From Sminthopsis crassicaudata (taxonomy: Eukaryota), in NCBI RefSeq assembly GCF_048593235.1, contig NC_133617.1:15257607-15321606 (forward strand): DNA of 64,000 nt, given 5' to 3'. The position numbers were made by a program, and so were the translations under genes. Of the stretch, positions 1 to 12,140 are shown piece by piece. The stretch's first letter is position 1; each line of letters starts with the position of its first letter. The notes below the pieces were generated by a model that was not told the origin of the DNA, made no database searches, and saw only the letters and a list, made by a program, of their open reading frames with translations.

Positions 1-330
1 GGCTCTGCTCACTTGGGAGTGGGGATGTACTGTGCCAAGCTTTAGACTTTTTGTGTTATTGTTTTCAAGGCTTCTACAAATTCTGGGGATTTTGCAAGTT
101 TTTGGTGTGCTCCTATGAAAGGTAAGGCCACTACACTCATGGTCTGAGCTCTGGTCTTTACCAAAGAATGGTCTCTGCCCTCTCTGCCCATGAGCTCTAG
201 TGTTCCTCTCGGTCCTGGCACTGTGAGCAGGATTCTTGTTTCTTTGTGCCACATCTTGGTGTTCCTCTCCATCCTGGATCTGTGACACAGAATTGTGGAG
301 AGAGAAGATTTTGGGCAGCACTGACTCATA
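1..330 (-). mobile_element. L1 5' UTR-region fragment (antisense), decayed
   Basis: The segment ccaagctttagactttttgtgttattgttttcaagg...ggattttgcaagtttttggtgtgctc resembles the antisense 5' region of marsupial L1 as I recall it. It explains ORF 42..329. Not aligned to a library. Confidence 0.5.
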
Positions 331-399
331 AAATAGCAAAAAAGTGATGGAGGGAAAATAATTTTAAGGAAATCTTAATGACACCAGTTTTTTATGTGA

Positions 400-760
400 T
401 AGTAATATTGTTTCATTAATATACCACAGTTTGTTTAGCCATTCAGCCCCAGATTGATGAACATCCATTTTCTCACTTTTTAAAAACCATTACAAAAGGA
501 TACTTCTGTGAATATTTGGGCATATATGGGCCTTCTCTTCTTTCATAAATACCATCAAGAGTGGAATCTTTGACCTTCCAGTGGTCTCTCTAGTTTTATG
601 AATGTGATGTAAAATCTCCAAATTAATTTGCATTCTATTGATGATTTGGAGTATTTTCCCCATATGATTGTGATTTTTAAAAAATAAAAAGCCTGTTTAT
701 TCTGTATATTTTTTTACTATTTATATATTAAATGTATCTATTTTCTAAGAAAAAAGGAAT
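400..760 (-). mobile_element. Old L1 3'-region fragment
   Basis: ataccacagtttgtttagccattc...gatgaacatccattt...gaatatttgggcatatatgggccttctc matches the antisense pattern also seen in the L1 copies at 6699-7448 and 34130-35017. Confidence 0.6.
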
Positions 761-1234
761 AAAACATAATCACCACTCACCAGGTGTTCATTACTCTCTT
801 ATGAGCCAAAGAACCATAGAGTCATGGGGTTTTAATGCCAAATATCTGCTCCTTTCGGGTCTCCATCTAAATCATCACTTACTGCCTGATTAATTTTACT
901 GGATTCACTTGTTAGATTTTAAATATTATGCCATTTGTTTGAACTGGCTCAGGAACAAACACCACTGATTGTGGCTGCTCAATAATCATGAAACAAAGCT
1001 CGAGAAGTCTATAAATGAGAGAATAGTAAGTGCCACCATTATTGGTCAATCAATCAATCAACAAGCATTTATTCAATGAGTCCTATGTGCCAGGCACAGT
1101 GCCAGACACAGAGGTTATGAAAACAAAAATGAAGCAGCCCTTGTTGTTAAGGAGACAACCTGTACAAGCCATATTGCCATTATCATCCTCCTCCTCATTA
1201 TCATCATCATCTCCATCATCAACACTGTCAAGAC

Positions 1235-1400
1235 AGTTGGTGTTTATATAGAACTTTAAGGTTTTCAAAGAGTATTTACAAGTAGTATATCCTTTTATCC
1301 TCACAGCAGTTGTGGGAGGTTGATGCTGTATTACCCCGCTATTACAGATGAGGAAACCGAGGCAGGCAGTGGTTAAGTGACTTGCCTCGGATCACACAGC
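1235..1400 (-). mobile_element. MIR (CORE-SINE) fragment
   Basis: Reverse MIR core: attacagatgaggaaaccgaggcaggcagtggttaagtgacttgcctcggatcacacagct. Confidence 0.8.
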
Positions 1401-2470
1401 TGGTTCCAGGCTGGCCCTGGGGTCCCTGCCCCAGCTCAACGCCTCCATAAATATACACGTGCCCAGATTCTGTGTATGTGAGGATATAAAGATCCCCCGA
1501 CTCTCATAGCTGTTAGCTCTCCCTACCCCCATCCTTCCCCCGATTCATGTCATCGGAAAATTTGGGGAGCATGCAAACGCTTTTACACAAGTTATTGATA
1601 AAATGGTAAGAAGTACAGGTCCAAGAAGGGACTAAAAGAGTTTTTAGCTAAAAACCTCTCCTGAAGCTGACATTGAAAGGAGTTGGGGGCATCAGTCCTT
1701 GGGGGGCTGCGTGTGAATCAAGGAAGACTTCACTCCTGTGTTAGCTGAGACTTGAAGGAAGATTTCTGGGGGTGAAGCCACGGTGGGCCCCAGGGGAAGG
1801 AGCCCTTGGCCGGAGTCGGACTGTAGACTTCGGGAAAACTACTCACCTTTCCTGGGGCTCAGTTTCTTTGCTGGTAACATGAGGGGATTGCAGCAGATGA
1901 CTTCTAAGATCTGCTGGGGCTGCCTGCCACTCCGTCCCTCCCCACTGAGCCACCCAGTCACCTTTGGGAGCAGATGGAAGGCCCTATTTTGCATTAAGGC
2001 CCTTCCTAATCTGCCCGCCCACGCTGCCAGTCTCCTCTGGATGCCCCCTGCACGGAGTGATGATGACTGGAGACTCATGCATCTCCCTTCACTCCTCATG
2101 AGGGGCCCCACCCTGCCCTCACCGGGCTCCCCTCTGGAGATGTGCTTCTGTCTCTCGGTTTCCCACCATTGAAGAGCGCAAGTAACTCTGGAGAAAGCTG
2201 TTCCAGCTGAAGGATCAGACACAGCCGAGGGGCCACGAGGGCAGGAAAAAGGACTTTTACAAAGTCTTCTTGTGGTCAAAAAGGGAGAGTCCCAGAAGAG
2301 CTGGATCTGAGCCTGGATGCAGGGGACATTCACAAACTGGAATGATCTTTATGCTGAAAATGATCCAACATCAGCAACAAAACTGAGGGGAAGGAGAGAA
2401 TCAAGAGAGCACCTGATTGCCTTCCAATGAATTCAAGTCCCCTCTGCTTCTAGGGATACCTCAGTCCATA

Positions 2471-2697
2471 GAGCACTAGGAGTCAGGAGGCCTCCTCTTC
2501 CTGAGTTCAAATCCTGCCTCAGATACTTACTAGCTGGATGACCCCGGGCAAGTCACTGCACCCTTTTTTGCCTCAGTTTCCTCATCTGTAAAATGAGCTG
2601 GAAAAGGAAATAGCAAGCCACTCCAGCAATTTGTCAAGAAAACTTCAAATGGAGTCATGAAGTATCAGGCACTACTGAAAAATAACCAACAACAAAA
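2471..2697 (+). mobile_element. MAR1-like CORE-SINE
   Basis: tRNA B-box-like gagttcaaatcc, CORE cctcagtttcctcatctgtaaaatga, and RTE-like tail gctggaaaaggaaatagcaagccactccagc...caacaacaaaa. Confidence 0.8.
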
Positions 2698-2924
2698 TGA
2701 CCCGGACCCTGTGTCCCCGGGTCCTTAGAGAACTGGCACATGTGACTGCTGAGCTGCTGTCAGTCAGTCCTATTTGAAAAAATAGGGAAAATCGGAAAAA
2801 CATCATAATACTGGAGCAGCACAAATAGTGTCCTGATTTTTCAGATGGGAAGAGAGCAGCCTACTAACTCTACTATCAAACTTAACTTCGGTTTGGGAAA
2901 ATCCTAGGAAGGCTTGTAGAAAGG

Positions 2925-3315
2925 GAAGCAATGTTTACAAAGAACCATAATGGCTTCATCAAGAACAAATCACGCCAGACTGCCCTCATTTCCTTTTTTT
3001 GTCAGGATTACTAAACTAGTAAATTAGAGGAATGCTATGGGTATAGTTTGTTTATCTAGATTTTAGCAAACACTCTCATTCCATCCCATGGAGAAGTTGG
3101 AGAGATATGGATTAGATAATACAGTCCAGATGGATTCAAATAGTTGAATGGCCATATGCAAAGAATAGTTGTTGATGGTTCAATGTCAACATCAGAGGTT
3201 TTTGGTTAAAAACTCTGATAGTCTCTTCATGGACCTGTACTTCTTACCATTTTATCAGTAACTTGTGTAAAGACGTGTAGTTTGCATGCTCATCAAATTT
3301 TCAGAAGACATCAGT
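2925..3315 (+). mobile_element. CR1/L3 LINE reverse-transcriptase fragment
   Basis: Degenerate translation follows the CR1 RT motif order: HNGFIKNKS.QTALISFF..RITKLV..NA.....YLDFSK...MEKLERYGLD...RWIQ..LNG..QRIVVDGSMS...LIKF. Confidence 0.8.
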
Positions 3316-3329
3316 ACATCATAATTCAG

Positions 3330-3596
3330 TCATGGACTGGTACCATTTCATCTTTGAATTCTTGGCCACTTCAGAAAAGACATGCTAGCAATATTTTTGT
3401 GTAAATGCCCCCGTGTCCTCTTCCTTTGATCTCTTTTAGAGTACAGGCCCAATAATAGCATTGGTAAGTCCGAGGATGTGCACAGTTTAGTAACTTTTTG
3501 GGCATGGCTCCAAATGACTTTTCAAAATGTCTGAACCAATTCTTACTTCCATCCCTGACATAATGAGGTGTCTCTTCCCCATGACCTCTCCAGCAC
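3330..3596 (-). mobile_element. L1 3'-region fragment, interrupted by WSINE1
   Basis: agtacaggcccaataatagcattgg...ggatgtgcacagtttagtaactttttgggcatggctccaaatg matches the antisense L1 ORF2-end and 3' UTR pattern. Confidence 0.65.
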
Positions 3597-3731
3597 TTTT
3601 TTTTTTTGAGGGGGAGGCAATTGTGCCCACGTCACACAGTAGGTATCAAGTATCTGAGGCTAAATTTGAACTCAGGCCCTCCCAACTCTGAGGTTGGTGC
3701 TTTATCCCGTGTAGGGTCACCTGGATGCCCC
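3597..3731 (-). mobile_element. WSINE1-like SINE (older copy)
   Basis: T-run tail followed by reverse SINE body atttgaactcagg...ggtgctttatcc...cacctggatgcccc. Confidence 0.7.
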
Positions 3732-4229
3732 GTCATTTTCTTTATTATCACCATTGGCAGTCTGATGGCTGTGAGGTTTACATTTCTTTAATAATCAGGA
3801 CCAGAAAGGGTGTTCTACGGGGATTCCTTTGTCCAGGGAAGCCGCAGCAGAGCCGGGTTTGCATTCTTGCCACGTGGCTGTGGTCTGGAGCTTCCTCATT
3901 TCTGTGCTGGGGCCACACTCCCGTAGTGTTCTCCTCACAGTGTTTGTGAAGTGCATCATGATGCTTAAAACAGCCCATAAATCTCAGTTACTATTCCTGG
4001 CTTGATAAACTTAGACAAGAATAGATATCTCCACTGATATTTCCTAATCTTCCGGCTACCACTGGGAGCAAAGAAAGCCGTCGGTAAAGAGTTGGTTGGA
4101 CTACAAGGCCCCTTTAAATGCCAAGTCTGTCATCTGACGTCCCTCCGACGAGTCACAGCCCCCTACTCTTCCACCCTCCTCGTGGCCTCCGCACCCTTCT
4201 CCCCACCTTCCTCCTGACCTCCAGGAAGG

Positions 4230-4935
4230 AAGTCCCAGACCCTGATGATTGGGGCCTTACAGAGGTATCCTCAAGGAAGCTCCTGTCTCACTCCCCATAT
4301 TTTCTCTCCTCAACCCTCTCCTACCTGCACTTCCCCTCCCCTTCTCAGCCAAGGAACTCATCTCTTACTTTACTGAAAATATTAAGGTCATCCCATGTGA
4401 TCTTTTCAATTTTACTCCTCTCTTCATCTTAAGACCTTGTGACATAATCTTCTATTCTCTTTTTTTTCCTTCCCCAAGTCAGATAATAAGTTGACCCTTC
4501 TTGTTAAAGTCATGGAAATTTAGTCTCATTCTCTCCCATCTTCTCAAGCAGATGGCATCCCAGTAATTAATCTTTCTTGAATTTTCAGCATAGTTACCAT
4601 TTTTCTCTACTTCCTTTACATATGCTAAAGTCTCTTTCATCTTTAAAAAGCTTTCACTACATCCTGCCATCTCTCAAGCAATTATCCCATATCTTTTTCC
4701 TTTCTTTGACAAACTCTTAGAAAAATCTGCCTGTACTTATTTCCTCTTCTTCATTTCACTTCAGTTCTTTGCAATTTGCTTCCTAACTTCTCCCCTCACC
4801 TGAAACTGCTCTCTCAAAGTTACTAATAATCGCTGAATTGCCAGATCTAATGGTCTTTCCTTCCTTGATTTCTCTGTCAATTATTCAGTCAACAGGTATT
4901 TATAAAGCACTTATTATGCGTCATGCACCATGTTA
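4230..4935 (+). mobile_element. L2 LINE fragment
   Basis: Pyrimidine-rich L2 ORF2 remnant, including cctgaaactgctctctcaaagttactaataatcgctgaattgccagatctaatggtctt. Confidence 0.7.
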
Positions 4936-5242
4936 GGTACTAGAGAGCCAAAGCTAGGCAAAAGCGGTCGCCGCCCTCAAAGAGCTCACATTTCATTGGA
5001 GACAATGTACAGCATACAGATAACTATGTACATGCGATGTAAAGAGAAGGCAGTCTCGGGGGCTTTGACATTTGGTATTGAGTACTCATTCTCTTATGTA
5101 AAAAATTGGATATTGTTAAAGAGGCTTTCCTGCTAGAGAGTCTGTCATCTCTGAGTTCTTGTGACATGGCAGCTTCTTCTACCTGTCTGACCACACCACA
5201 GGCTCCTGGGCCCATGTATTCTTTGTACCAGGGCCCCTAGCC

Positions 5243-5665
5243 ATGAATGTTCTTCAAGATTCTCTGTCTCTTTTTCTCTCTGTCTCTCTCTTTCTCTCTC
5301 TGTCTCTATCTCTCTCCTTCTTATCTCACTTTTCCTCTCTTCCTGTCTCACTTTCTCTGTTTCTTTCTCTTTTTTTCTCTGCCTCTCTCTTTGACTTTCT
5401 TCTCTGTCTCTTTCTCTTTCTCTCTCTGTCTTTAAAGGTCTCTGTCTCTCTCTCCTTCTTGTCTCACTTTTCTTCTCTTCCTGTCTCTACTTTCCCTGTT
5501 TCTTTCCCTTTTTTCTCTGTCTCTCTCTCCTTCTTGTCTCACTTTTCTTCTCTTCCTATCTCTATTTTCTCTGTGTTTCTTTCTCTTTTTTCTCTGTCTC
5601 TCTCTTTGACTTTCTTCTCTGCCTCTTTCTCTTTCTTCTCTGTCTCTGTGTCTCTCTCAGTCTCT
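5243..5665. repeat. Polypyrimidine (CT-rich) low-complexity tract with a 3-copy higher-order unit
   Basis: Almost pure C/T on the + strand. The unit tctctccttctt(a/g)tctcacttttc(c/t)tctcttcct occurs near 5311, 5449 and 5525. Confidence 0.9.
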
Positions 5666-5754
5666 CAACCTAACACATTAGCTTCTGAGAATTTAATTAT
5701 CTTTATGAAGATAAGTATATCTATGGATTTAGGTATATAGACCAGATCCATGTC

Positions 5755-6320
5755 TAGACTCAAGTCTCTTGCCTGAGCTTGTTACACGTTTCAAACTCGA
5801 CACATCCCAAACTGAGCCCCTCATCTCGCCCTCCCAGGCCAACCTTCCCAGACTTTCCTCTCTGTATCAAAGGTGCCGCTCCTCTTCTAGCCTTCCAGGT
5901 CTGTAACCTCGGCTTTACTCTGACCCTCCATTCTCCCTCACCCTGCATGCCCGGTCAGTTGCCAGACATTGCCACTCCTCCTCCTCCTGTAACCTCTCCC
6001 ATGTAGCTCTTTCACTGTCCTCAGTCATTACTTCTGACCCTCATCGTCCCTTGGCTGGATTAATTGGTCCCAGTCTGTCCTCTCCAGCTACCAATGACAT
6101 TTCCTTCCCTTGATCTCAGATCTGACAGTGTCCCTCTCTTATTCAGCAGACCCTGGCACTTCCCTGCTGCCTCTGGGATAAAATATGGCTTCTGAAGCCC
6201 TTCACCACCTCATCTCACGCCCTTCCCAGCTTCATTGTACATCACTCCCCTTCTCGTGCTCTCTGTTTCCACCAGACTAGCCTCCTCACTGTTCCTCACC
6301 CAGGAAACTCTAGCTCCTAG
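5755..6320 (+). mobile_element. L2 LINE 3' fragment
   Basis: caaactcgacacatcccaaactgagccc...ccggtcagttgccagacattgcc...atctgacagtgtcc...ccagactagcctcctcactgttcctc is typical L2 3' sequence. Confidence 0.7.
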
Positions 6321-6698
6321 TTCTGTTTTTTATGTACAAAGATTTTATTTATGTCACACATGTATGCGCAATCTATATTATTTATGTCACATATGTATGT
6401 GCAATATACATATGACATCATTTCAGAGGGAAAGCATTGCATTAAGGGGAACTCTTAAGAGTTCTTGTTTTTTTAACAGAAGGAAGGATTTTAGCTGAGA
6501 CTTGAATGAAGCTGAAGAAGCCAGGAGTCAGAAATGAGGAGGAAAAGAATTCTAGACAAAAGATTGTCACTGAAAATGTCTTGTTCAGTAAACAAAATGT
6601 AGGCTAGTGTTACTCTATAGTAGGCCATGGATAATAAATGAAAAGGTACTTAGTATGTGCTAGATATTATGCTGCATTCTGGGAACATAAATGTTTTC

Positions 6699-7448
6699 TT
6701 TTTTTAATTAAAGCTTTTTATTTACAAAGCATATGCATGGGTAATTTTCCAACATTGACCCTTGCATAACCTTTGTTGCAAATTTTTCTCTTCTTCCTCT
6801 CACCCTTACCCCTAGATGGCAGATAATCCAATACATGTTAAATATGTTGAAATACATGTTAAATCCAATATATGTATGCATATTTATACAGTTATCTTGC
6901 TGCACAAGAAAAATCAGATCAAGAAGGAAGGAAAAAAAAAACTGAGAAAGAAAACACAATGCAAGCAAATAACAACAGAGAGAGTGAAAATGCTACCTTG
7001 TGCTCCACGCTCTGCTCCCATAGTTCTCTCTCTGGGTATAGCAGATTCTCTTCATCACTGAACAAGTGAAACTGGTTTGAATCCTCTCATTGTTGAAGAG
7101 GGCCACGTCCATCAGAATGATCATTGTGTAATTTTGTTATTGCCATGTGTAATAATCTCCTGGTCCTGCTCGTTTCACTCAGCATCAGTTCCTGTAAGTC
7201 TCTCCAGGCCTCTCTGAAATCATCCTGTTGGTCGTTTCTTATAGAACAATAATATTCCATAACCTTCATATACCACAATTTATTCTGATGGGCATCCACT
7301 CGGTTTCCAGTTTCTGGCCACTACAAAGAGGACTGCCACAAACAGTCTTGCACATGTGGGTCCCTTTCCCTCCTTTAAGATCTCTCTGGGATATAAGCCC
7401 AGTAGACACTGTAGGGTCAAAGGGTGTGCACAGTTTGATAACTTTTTG
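6699..7448 (-). mobile_element. 5'-truncated young L1 (3' UTR and end of ORF2)
   Basis: T-tail followed by aattaaagctttttatttacaaagcatatgcatgggtaatttt. The reverse frame gives the L1 ORF2 C-terminus (ORF 7087..7299, ...WYMKVMEYYCSIRNDQQDDFREAWRDLQELMLSE.SRTRR). Confidence 0.92.
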
Positions 7449-9734
7449 CAGCTCCTGTTTCTTTTGCTCTAGCCTCCCCTCTTGCCCGGACTCTGTTCCC
7501 TTCCCGTCTCTGCCTCATAGACTTGCTCTGTTTCTTCAGCCTTCTGTGGGAAGCCCTTTCTGGTCTCTCCCTATAACTGGAGCCCTTCTCTCTCTCACTT
7601 GTGTTTACTCCATTTCTGCTTGGTCAGCACGTATGTATATGTGTACACGTGTTCTCCCCTATAGAGAAAATATCTTGAGAGGAGGTTTTGTGCTTAATTC
7701 TTTGTCCTGTCCCAGGGGAGGGACACAGGGAGGCAGGAAGACCTGAGTCCAGGCCATGACTCAGTGTCACATCCGCTCTCCTGCTGGGATTTCCTCGTCT
7801 GTGACCGTGGTGCTGGACTCGCCGCCTGCAGCCCTTCTGGCTCTGCTCCCTGACCCTCTCTCTCACCCCCAGAACTGGACGAGTCACTGCGTGTAAGACG
7901 GGCTCAGGAAGAGCTTGTTACCGACTGATTCTTTACATCCAATGGCACCGAATGGTAGATTGGCTTGGAGCCTCTTTGCTCCCGGCTCTCCTTGCGATCC
8001 CATTACTGCAGGTGCACACAAGAAGACCGATTGCAGCATTTAGATGGATCGAGGCTTCATTAAGCACTCGCTTGGCAGTGTCTTAAGCTCTGGGAGCACA
8101 AATATGAACAAAATGCAGGCCAGTCCCTGCTCTCAAGAGCCTTCTATTGGAGAATAAAAGGGTGTTAAAAAGGAAGGCCCAGGAGTCTGAGGTAGCATGG
8201 GCTGACTCCGGTTTGGAGAAAGCTTGGCTGGGCTGGGTGTTTGCTCATGGGAGGGTTTAAGGAGAACTCAGCAATCAGAAGCCACGTTAATAAATGTTTA
8301 TTGATTGCCTATTGACCAACAAACATTCAAGATACTGCATCAAGCCCTAGAATATTGTAGAGCCTTCTCATCCAGATCCATAATCTTCCATAAAGACTCT
8401 GACCTAATTACCTACGTAGGGAAAACAAGTTCATAAAGAGTGTTTTATTCAAAATATAATATGCATTTGGATGCACGATGGATTGGGCACCTCTCACTGT
8501 CTGCATTGTGGATAGATGCTATAAAAGCAGTTCGATTTGGGCCCGGACTTGGAAGAGATTGCTTTTGGGAAATTTCAGTTATGTGAATGACTCCAGCTTC
8601 TCACTCAAAGAGAGACACATTTTTAATATACCAGAGTTCTGCCACGGTGTGCCGTTTGGCCAAATCCTCGGGCCACTGCTACATACATAGGAAGTTGTGC
8701 TGCATACGACTTCCTGAGAGAAAGTGAAGGTCCCCCCAAAAGCAGTGGAGAAGGGCAGGTCAGGCGTGAGCCAACCTGAGCACCTCCCAAGCAGATCATT
8801 GCAAAGGAGAAGGTGCCCAGCAGATTTCAGTGTGGCAGGAAGGTGGTTGTCCCCGTGAGAAGGGGATGACAGCGGACTCCCCTGGAAGGGTGGGCGGCAC
8901 TGCTCAGGCCTCTGGAAAACAGGAGGCAATGTCAGCGGCATGATGGGAGCATTCTTAGGTCTGCATTGTTGGAAAGAATGCTCACCTCCTTGAGATCACA
9001 GTTCTCTTAGACAATTTGTATCTAAATAGTTCCCTAATAATCATGACTCACATTTCGGTGTCACATTTAGATTCATAAAGTGCTTTTCCGACAACAGCTC
9101 TTTGAGATCAGTCATTCAGATAGAGATGATAATTCCCCTTTTATAAATGGGACATCAGAGGCTCAGACAGGCTGTTTCTTGGCCTTTCCCATCCTTTTTC
9201 TTATATAAAATCCTTCTTGAATGCCTCATTAGGTTGTGCTGACGCTTCTGGATTCTTAAAGGCTCTATCAGTGGAGTGTAAATACTGGTAAGTCCTACCC
9301 CAGCTGTAAAGACTCGGAGCATCTGTGTGTCACTTGAGTGACACTTGAGTCAGCTGGAGTGGCTGGCTGCAGGGTGACATATATGTCTGCTATGGCATCT
9401 CTTGAAGACTTTGTCCTAAATCATAGGCAGGTGTTGCTTGGGTCCTTTCGGGGAGTGCCCACCTCGACAAGACCCAGATCCGAATTACCGAAGCCCGGTT
9501 TTTGTTATCCTGGGATGGCTGTTATTGTATTTGGCATTTTACAGCTTCCTGAAGGGATAGGCACATGGTACCAGTGTTGTTGTGCTTGTTCTATTGTAAG
9601 AAACCGAAGTTTAGAAAAGTGACCTGCCCATAGATGCCCTGGGGAAACCACGTGGATGGAGGTCACCACAAAGGTATGTTGTGTAACCTCCCTGTGGCTG
9701 GACCTCCACCTCCCCAGTGAATTAGCTAGCCATC

Positions 9735-9882
9735 GGGGCAGCTGGGTGGCACAGTAGTTAGAGCACCAGCCCTGAAGTCAGGAGGACCTGGGTTCAAATC
9801 TAGTCTCAGACACTTAACACTTCCTAGCTGTTGACCCTGGGCAAGTCACTTAACCCCAGCCTCAGAGGGGAAAAAAAAATCA
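9735..9882 (+). mobile_element. WSINE1-like SINE with 16-bp TSD
   Basis: ggggcagctgggtggc...gagcaccagccctgaagtcaggaggacctgggttcaaatc...aaaaaaaaa. TSD gaattagctagccatc (9719-9734) and gaattaactagccatc (9883-9898). Confidence 0.92.
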
Positions 9883-9899
9883 GAATTAACTAGCCATCT

Positions 9900-10872
9900 C
9901 ACTACCAGCTCTTCTTAATCTTTTCATTCCTCCTTCTTCAAACTTCCCATGGCTTCTCCCTTCTCTCAGCTAAAAACCTGGCCTCATATGTCACCTGAAA
10001 ATTCGAGGCCATTTGTTGAAGGCTCCCTCTTCTCCCCTCCTTGTCCTCTCCCATCATCTCATGCCTTCCTCCATTGCCTTCCTCCATCCCTGCATCCCCC
10101 CTCCTCTTCCCAAGATAAGCCCTCAGATGCTTAAGTAATCTCCTTCCTTGGTGTCTTGTCCAGCACATCACCCCCTCAGTCTCAGCCCCGCTCTGTCCCT
10201 TCTCATCAAGCTCTTCCTGCCTCCTGATTCTCCAGGCCCTCCAAACAGAAATATTTCTCCCTCCTCCTCAAAGATCCCTCCCTTGATCTGCCCACCCCCA
10301 CTGTTCCCTTCTCCCTGACAAGCCTGGACAAGGTGTTTTTGCCTCCTTTCCTTCCTTTTCTCTTCTTCTCTAAAATTACCCAGGATCTTGTTGCCCAATC
10401 TAATGGCTTTGTTTTTCAGTCCTCACACTCTCGGTCTCTTTGCAGCCTTTGACACTATTGGTCCCCCTCTTTTCCTGGATGCTTCCTTCTCTCTAGGTTT
10501 CCATGACACCCTTCTGGTTCTCCTCCTACTTATCTGACTGCACCTTCTCGGGTTTTTTGCCGGATCTTTGTCCTGTTTTGCCCTGGGCTCTCTTTTCTTA
10601 TCTGTCTCTGCCATTTCACTTGATCTCACTGTTCCCATGGATGCAATGACCATCTTGAAGCTGATGATTCTCAGATCTCCTTATCCAGCTCTAGCCTCCT
10701 TACCTACAACCTTCTTCCTCCCCCCTGCTTTCCTACTATTGAAGGCATCATTATCCTCCCAGTCCACCAGGCTTGAAATCCAGGTGCAGTTCTCAATTCG
10801 TCATCACTCTTCCTTCCCGTTTCCAGTACGTTGTCAAGGCCTGTCAATTTTACCTTCATAACGTCTCTCCCC
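9900..10872 (+). mobile_element. L2 LINE, 5' part (split by solo LTR)
   Basis: L2 RT-region remnant (ctctttgcagcctttgacactattggtccccctctt, gatgattctcagatctc). It continues after the LTR at 11492. Confidence 0.8.
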
Positions 10873-11491
10873 TGTCATGAATAACATTGTGAGAGACAAA
10901 ATTTCTGGGATTTAAAAATCATTTTATTAACTAGATTGGCCAGCAACCAGTAACTTAATGGTCAGTGGCTTCCCTCATAAGCAAAGACAGAAAGGGAAAT
11001 TCTGGCACACCTTAAATCAGGAGTGTTCCTTCTGACGGGGGAAATTCAATCCTGATTGGTGGTCAGTTAATGAGGTGGTAGGCTAAGAGTCCTCAGCCCG
11101 TTCTGCTGGGAACATGGCTTGGTTACCCACATCTTGGCCAGGGAAAGGGGCTGGGACCTCTGGGGATAATTTTCCGCTTCCTGAGCCTGCTGACCCCAAA
11201 CTCTAGTGACGGTACCAAGGTCACATGTGTGGTTCTTGGTAACTCTTGGTGGCAAGAGCCGCTCAGTTTAGCTTTTCTTTATGGGGAAACAAAAGCCAGA
11301 CTCCCATTTAGGTGTAGCCCAGTCCAGATTAGTTAACGAACACTTTGGGGGCTAGAAATAATCAATTTCAAATAGAAATCGACTTTTTTAGGAGTACGGT
11401 CTTGACAAAAATAGGAGGAAAAAGGATGGCTCCCAAATGAACAATTAGTTATTAATAGAAGAGGATAAGGTAATGGCTCTTGTTCCTGACA
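10873..11491 (-). mobile_element. Solo LTR of an endogenous retrovirus (about 619 bp)
   Basis: Ends TGTCA...TGACA. On the minus strand it carries CCAAT (cctgattgg), a TATA-like element (ccttaaatc) and AATAAA (ttttattaa) in the expected order. It cleanly interrupts an L2 element. The TSD is degenerate (ctcccc/ctgccg). Confidence 0.75.
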
Positions 11492-12140
11492 CTGCCGCCA
11501 CCCTGATGCAGGCTCTCAACATTTCATACCTGGACTATTGCGATCTTTCTGCAAGACCCCTGGAGGGGCTTCCAGCCTTTCCCCACCCCAGGCCATCTTC
11601 CATTCAGCTGTTAAATTAATCTTCCCAAAATGCAGATGTGACCACATTGCTCCTCTACTCCATGAATTCCAGTCCCCACTCCCAGGATCACATCGAAAAC
11701 CCTTCTTCTGGCACTCCAAGCCTTTACAGCCAGCATCCTGCTCCCTTTCCAGACCTCCTTCACCTTAGTCCTCCCATGTACTCTGTATCCGGTGATCCTC
11801 CCCTCCTTGCTTTTCCTTGCACAAGACACTCCCTCTGCAGACTCTGGGCATTTTCCTGGGTGTTCCCATTCCTGGAATATTCTCCCTCCTTGCTTCCCTG
11901 GCTGTCTTCCAATGCTGGCTAGAGTCCCACCTTCTCTGAAAGCCTGTTCCTTACAGCCCTCCATCTTGTTGCCTCTCCTCTGGTGATTCTCTCCAAATAG
12001 CCTCTTTAGAACTGGCTTGTACATATGTAAATGCAGGTTGTTTCCTTTATTTAACTGTGAACTCCTTGAGGTTTTGCTTTTTGACTTTCTTTGTGTTCCC
12101 AGTACTTAGCGTACTTGTTTGGTCCATAATAGGTACTTTT
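11492..12140 (+). mobile_element. L2 LINE, 3' part
   Basis: ctgccgccaccctgatgcaggctctcaacatttcatacctggactattgc...aaatgcagatgtgaccacattgctcctctactc...aactccttgagg...cccagtacttagc follows L2 3' consensus order. Confidence 0.8.

Noticed and set aside
5243-5740. 165-aa Ser/Leu/Phe-rich ORF and the reverse Arg/Glu ORFs
   Set aside because: These are translations of the CT-rich tract. The same applies to ORFs at 12751-13229, 16919-17910 and 25867-26307.
7087-7299. L1 ORF2-like ORFs (also 34625-34861, 35846-36040, 63621-63827) as functional genes
   Set aside because: They are truncated, frameshifted retrotransposon fragments.
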